Below are positions 60,079 through 64,000 of a stretch of 64,000 bases of DNA, one piece after another. Position numbers and translations under genes: made by a program. Position 1 is the first letter of the stretch. Each line of letters starts with the position of its first letter. This DNA comes from Candidatus Cloacimonadales bacterium (GTDB taxonomy: Bacteria; Cloacimonadota; Cloacimonadia; Cloacimonadales; JAFGVF01). The stretch spans positions 864,001-928,000 of the forward strand of contig OY759729.1 in the NCBI GenBank assembly GCA_963662585.1. Reading direction: 5' to 3'. The notes beneath the pieces are model-generated. The model was given only the letters and a program-made list of their open reading frames with translations. It was not told the DNA's origin and did no database searches.

Positions 60079-62970
60079 ATGAAATTAAGAAAATTAGGGC
60101 TAATATTTCTTATTATAATAGGGCTTATGCCTTCAATGTTGTTCTCTCAACCAATTGTGCAAGTAACCAAAAGTAATTCCATAATTTTAAATAAACTTGA
60201 AGCTTTGCAAGTAAATCTCTGTTTCGAGATGGATGATTATCTAGTGGTCTCTCCAGCAGAGACTTCTCTTCTTGATGAAGCTAATATTGACTATAGGTTA
60301 TTAACTTCCGATAATGAAATTAATCCCCTCTATCTAATCTCAGGAAAGGCTGGTGTTAAGCTACAAACTCAACCATATTTAGCTGAAATCTTAATTGATG
60401 ATGTCCTTAGAGTTGAGAAAGCCAACACCGCTAAGAAAAGTTACCTTCCCCAGCATGGAGTAAAATTTGTTCCGGTAAAAATAAGCTCCAGACTTTATCA
60501 AAATAAAGCTTCAGAATATAAGAACTTATCAAATGTTAACCAAGAAATTAACCGTAATTTTGACGAAGTATTAGAATCCGTTGAAGCCGATAGTGTTGCT
60601 TGGTTTATACAGAAGTTAGAAGACTTTGAAACCCGTTACGCTCTTGTTGATAATCGGAGAGAGATTTCTGAGTGGATAGCTTCTCAGTTTACTCGTTTTG
60701 GTTATGAAAATGTCGCTATTGATTCATTTTATGTAAGTAGATATAGTACTTGGCAGTATAATGTTGTCTGTATTGAAGAAGGCTATGTTAATCCTGATCA
60801 ATTCGTAGTTGTTGGTGGCCATCATGATTCTATTATTACCCCTAACACCTCTGCTGCTCTTACCTATGCTCCTGGAGCTGATGATAACGCTAGTGGAGTT
60901 GCGGCAGTTTTAGAAACTGCTCGTATCTTAAAACTCCATAATGTCCAAAATAGAAATTCAATCAGATTTGTTACTTTTGCTATGGAGGAATTTGGACTTT
61001 ACGGCGGTTATCATGATGCTGAGTATCTGACAGAGAATAATATTTCTGTAGTAGCAATGTTGAACAGTGATATGATTTCTAGTCATTACATTACAGAATT
61101 ATATACTTTCACGATTCGGGCCTATCCTGGTGCTGAATCTTTAACAAACTTAGCTCATACTAAAGGCTGGGAACTTGATATGAATACTTTGGTTTTGGAT
61201 ACATCACTATCAGGTTCGGACAGTTGGGCTTATCATGTGAATGGGATACCTGCTATTTTCTTCTCAGAGAATGACTTTAGTCCTTATTACCACTCTGATC
61301 AAGATATTAGTGAGAATACAAACCCATATTACGCTGCCCAATTCATAAAACTGATTGCTTCAGTTACGCTGTCCACTAGTAATCTAATTGTAATTGCAGA
61401 GAATTTCACTGTTCAAGATGCCGGCGATGGCTCGACTATCATTGCTTCATGGGATGAAGTTGAGGAAGACGGAATTACCTATCTTTTAGATGTTGAAAAT
61501 CTGACTACAAACGATGTTATCTCTTATAATACAGAAGAAACAAGCTATACAATTACCGATTTAACTAGTGGCACTCCTTATAAAGTAACACTTTATTCAA
61601 CCTTAGACGAGCTTTCTAGTTTTGGAGAAGTAAGATTTATTACTCCTCAAAATATACCTGCTCAAGTAGAAAATTTTATTTATACACCAGAGCTTAATCA
61701 AATTAACTTTTCTTGGTCTTCTAACTTAGAATTAGACCTATCAACTTATAAACTATATCGTAAAAATACTGAAGATACTGAATTCTCGCTAATTGCGACA
61801 ATTCCTGCTAATGAAAATAACTATTCTGATCTGACTACTGAAAGTGGAGTTTGGTACAATTATATGATTACAGCAATTGATGAAGATGGTAATGAGAGCC
61901 AAGCAACAGATATTATCACAGTTCGTCACCTTAGCTTTGACTCCGGAATAGGAGTTTATGATTTCACTACCTTCTCTGACAATAACCTTCTCTATCCTGC
62001 TCAAGAGCTAGTTGAGGACTTTTATGCAGACATCTTTAGTAATTATGACTATGATCTTATCACTTGTGATTCTCAAGAAGAACTAAAAATTGAAGACTTA
62101 GGAATCTATTCTGCTATTGTTATCTTCAAGAATTCTTTTACTTCTATATCAAATACTCATCTAAAAAATACTCTAGAGGAATATTTAGCTTATGGTGGAA
62201 ATGTCTTGATATCGACTTCTGACCCTATCAGATTTTTAGATTTAAATAGTAATACTTACCCAAAAACCTTTGTTCAAGGTGATTTTGTCTATGATCGATT
62301 TGGAATAAGCCAAGTAGATTTTAATAGTACTGCTCGTTTGGCTAGAGCCCAATCATTAGCTTGGGATATCCCAGATTTAATGGTAGATGCAGATAAAATT
62401 TTCCCTACTTTTAATGGAAGAATTTATAATGTTGAAGCATTTTCAACTCCTTCATTAACTAGTATTGAAAATATCTTTAGCTATCAATCAGACTCTGATA
62501 ACTCTTCCCAGAATATATTTGATGATTATATCGTTGCTATGAGCAAGAGTTATGAGAATTCCAAAACTGTTATTACTTCCATACCTTTATATTTTATGGA
62601 AGCTATTCAAGCAAAAGAATTTACTAATTCTGTTTTCGCTTACTTTGACGAATCTGTGGAAAATGAAAGCAACGAAACGATGCCTGGACCACCAACATTG
62701 AGATTATCTAACTATCCTAACCCATTTAATCCATCTACTACTATAAGATTTAATCTACCAATGAAAAGCAATATTGGCCTTAAAATATACAATCTAAAAG
62801 GTCAATTAGTAAAAAGCATTTATAAATCAAACTTAACATCTGGCAACCATACAATAACTTGGAATGGAGATAATGATAAAGGAAATAAATTAAGCTCAGG
62901 CATTTACCTCTATAAATTAAAGACAGATTCAGGTTTATCCCAAACCAGAAGAATGCTTCTGATTAAATAA
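60079..62970 (+). CDS. Secreted M28-family aminopeptidase with FN3 repeats and FlgD-Ig/T9SS-like C-terminus
   Basis: GGHHDS, GADDNASG, MEEFGL, NSDM and YYHS motifs; FN3 motifs; NYPNPFNP terminus. Confidence 0.88.
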   Translation: MKLRKLGLIFLIIIGLMPSMLFSQPIVQVTKSNSIILNKLEALQVNLCFEMDDYLVVSPAETSLLDEANIDYRLLTSDNEINPLYLISGKAGVKLQTQPYLAEILIDDVLRVEKANTAKKSYLPQHGVKFVPVKISSRLYQNKASEYKNLSNVNQEINRNFDEVLESVEADSVAWFIQKLEDFETRYALVDNRREISEWIASQFTRFGYENVAIDSFYVSRYSTWQYNVVCIEEGYVNPDQFVVVGGHHDSIITPNTSAALTYAPGADDNASGVAAVLETARILKLHNVQNRNSIRFVTFAMEEFGLYGGYHDAEYLTENNISVVAMLNSDMISSHYITELYTFTIRAYPGAESLTNLAHTKGWELDMNTLVLDTSLSGSDSWAYHVNGIPAIFFSENDFSPYYHSDQDISENTNPYYAAQFIKLIASVTLSTSNLIVIAENFTVQDAGDGSTIIASWDEVEEDGITYLLDVENLTTNDVISYNTEETSYTITDLTSGTPYKVTLYSTLDELSSFGEVRFITPQNIPAQVENFIYTPELNQINFSWSSNLELDLSTYKLYRKNTEDTEFSLIATIPANENNYSDLTTESGVWYNYMITAIDEDGNESQATDIITVRHLSFDSGIGVYDFTTFSDNNLLYPAQELVEDFYADIFSNYDYDLITCDSQEELKIEDLGIYSAIVIFKNSFTSISNTHLKNTLEEYLAYGGNVLISTSDPIRFLDLNSNTYPKTFVQGDFVYDRFGISQVDFNSTARLARAQSLAWDIPDLMVDADKIFPTFNGRIYNVEAFSTPSLTSIENIFSYQSDSDNSSQNIFDDYIVAMSKSYENSKTVITSIPLYFMEAIQAKEFTNSVFAYFDESVENESNETMPGPPTLRLSNYPNPFNPSTTIRFNLPMKSNIGLKIYNLKGQLVKSIYKSNLTSGNHTITWNGDNDKGNKLSSGIYLYKLKTDSGLSQTRRMLLIK

Positions 62971-63075
62971 AATTGCTTATCAAAAAGATAATAACTAGAA
63001 ATCATCCAAATTATTTGCCTGGACACTAATCAGAAACTTGATATTATGTCTCATAAATAAAATTAGAGTAGGGAT

Positions 63076-63834
63076 ATGCAAGAAAATTTAACCTTTGATA
63101 AATCTATAAAAAGAGTTGTTAGCAGAATAATTAGAACAATAAGAAAATATAAACTGATAGATGAGAAGGAAACAGTGGCTGTTGCCCTTTCAGGTGGTAA
63201 AGATAGTGCTACGCTACTCTTTCTGCTTTGGTACATAAGCCAATACTCTTATTTAAACTTTAAGCTGATTGGCTTACATGTTCAGACAGGGGAATATGAT
63301 TGCTCACCTATTAAAGAATTATGCACTATGATGGACATCGAGTTTGTTGTCTTGCATATTGATATGGTACAAGTAATTAACTATCCCCATATCTGTTATT
63401 CCTGTTCTAGAATTAAAAGACAAGCAATGTGGGAAGAGATTAATCGTAGAGGAATTCAAAAAATAGCTTATGGACATCATGCTGATGATGCTGTTGATAC
63501 CTTTTTTATGAATCTCATAATTCATCAGAATATTGAGTCTTTCCCACCAATTCTAAATTATAAAAAACTTGATTTAGCTGTTATTAGACCCTTAATATTC
63601 ATTAGAGAAAGCTGGATTCTAAGCCAATTTATGAAAAAGAAATTAACAAAGATAACTTATCAATGTCCTTATGAAGAGACTAATATCAGACAAGATTTTC
63701 GGGAAAAAGTAGAAAAGATTCAAGAGATTTTTCCTGAATATAGAGTAGAAGAAAATGTTATGAGAGCTTTAGAGAAATATTATGATCTTTTGCTTGCTGA
63801 CCAAATTGATAGTTCAATGAAAGTTTTCAAATAG
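63076..63834 (+). CDS. ttcA: TtcA-like PP-loop tRNA thiolase (second paralog)
   Basis: SGGKDS, CYSCSR, GHHADD, IRPL and CP motifs. Confidence 0.75.
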   Translation: MQENLTFDKSIKRVVSRIIRTIRKYKLIDEKETVAVALSGGKDSATLLFLLWYISQYSYLNFKLIGLHVQTGEYDCSPIKELCTMMDIEFVVLHIDMVQVINYPHICYSCSRIKRQAMWEEINRRGIQKIAYGHHADDAVDTFFMNLIIHQNIESFPPILNYKKLDLAVIRPLIFIRESWILSQFMKKKLTKITYQCPYEETNIRQDFREKVEKIQEIFPEYRVEENVMRALEKYYDLLLADQIDSSMKVFK

Positions 63835-63841
63835 AGGTATT

Positions 63842-64000
63842 ATGAAATTATTAGTTCATGTTTGCTGTGCACCCTGCTTTATAGCCCCTTATACTCATCT
63901 TAAAGATGAACATGACATTACCGCCTTTTGGTTTAATCACAATATTCATCCCTATACAGAATATCAAAAAAGATTAGATACACTAAGAGAATTCGTTACC
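63842..64000 (+). CDS. queH: Epoxyqueuosine reductase QueH (DUF208), 3'-truncated by window edge
   Basis: MKLLVHVCCAPC...FWFNHNIHPYTEYQKR with GAGG RBS. Confidence 0.85.
   Translation, partial: MKLLVHVCCAPCFIAPYTHLKDEHDITAFWFNHNIHPYTEYQKRLDTLREFVT

Noticed and set aside
1..64000. Genome-wide UGA reassignment (code 4 or 25)
   Set aside because: TGA ends several full-length genes, Trp is encoded by TGG, and long genes have no internal TGA.

Overview
AT-rich bacterial chromosome segment. Several secreted proteins end in a YPNP(FNP)/FlgD-Ig-type C-terminal domain and the metabolism is amino-acid fermentative, which suggests an anaerobic FCB-group organism, probably Cloacimonadota (inference). 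(1) A decaying left end (1.7-6.7 kb) holds a group II intron inserted antisense into an hflK fragment, a broken intron RT, a nitroreductase with an in-frame TGA and an IS4-family element. (2) Metabolic genes follow: threonine dehydrogenase-like SDR, tldD/pmbA plus a degenerate amidohydrolase, iorAB, pruA, pfkB, msrC and a ferredoxin. (3) A Wzx/Wzy polysaccharide locus sits next to a C5-epimerase lipoprotein. (4) A conserved rimP-nusA-ylxR-L7Ae-infB-rbfA-DHH-truB-ribF...miaB-era cluster follows. (5) Several families of intergenic REP-like palindromes are dispersed through the window. Best candidate for something new: the ORFs 24561-25229 and 25278-26684 are one reading frame interrupted only by TGA in a C-D-Y-G-[UGA] context. 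A SECIS-like hairpin follows the TGA, so this is a probable secreted beta-helix selenoprotein. No CRISPR array, rRNA or tRNA was recognised.
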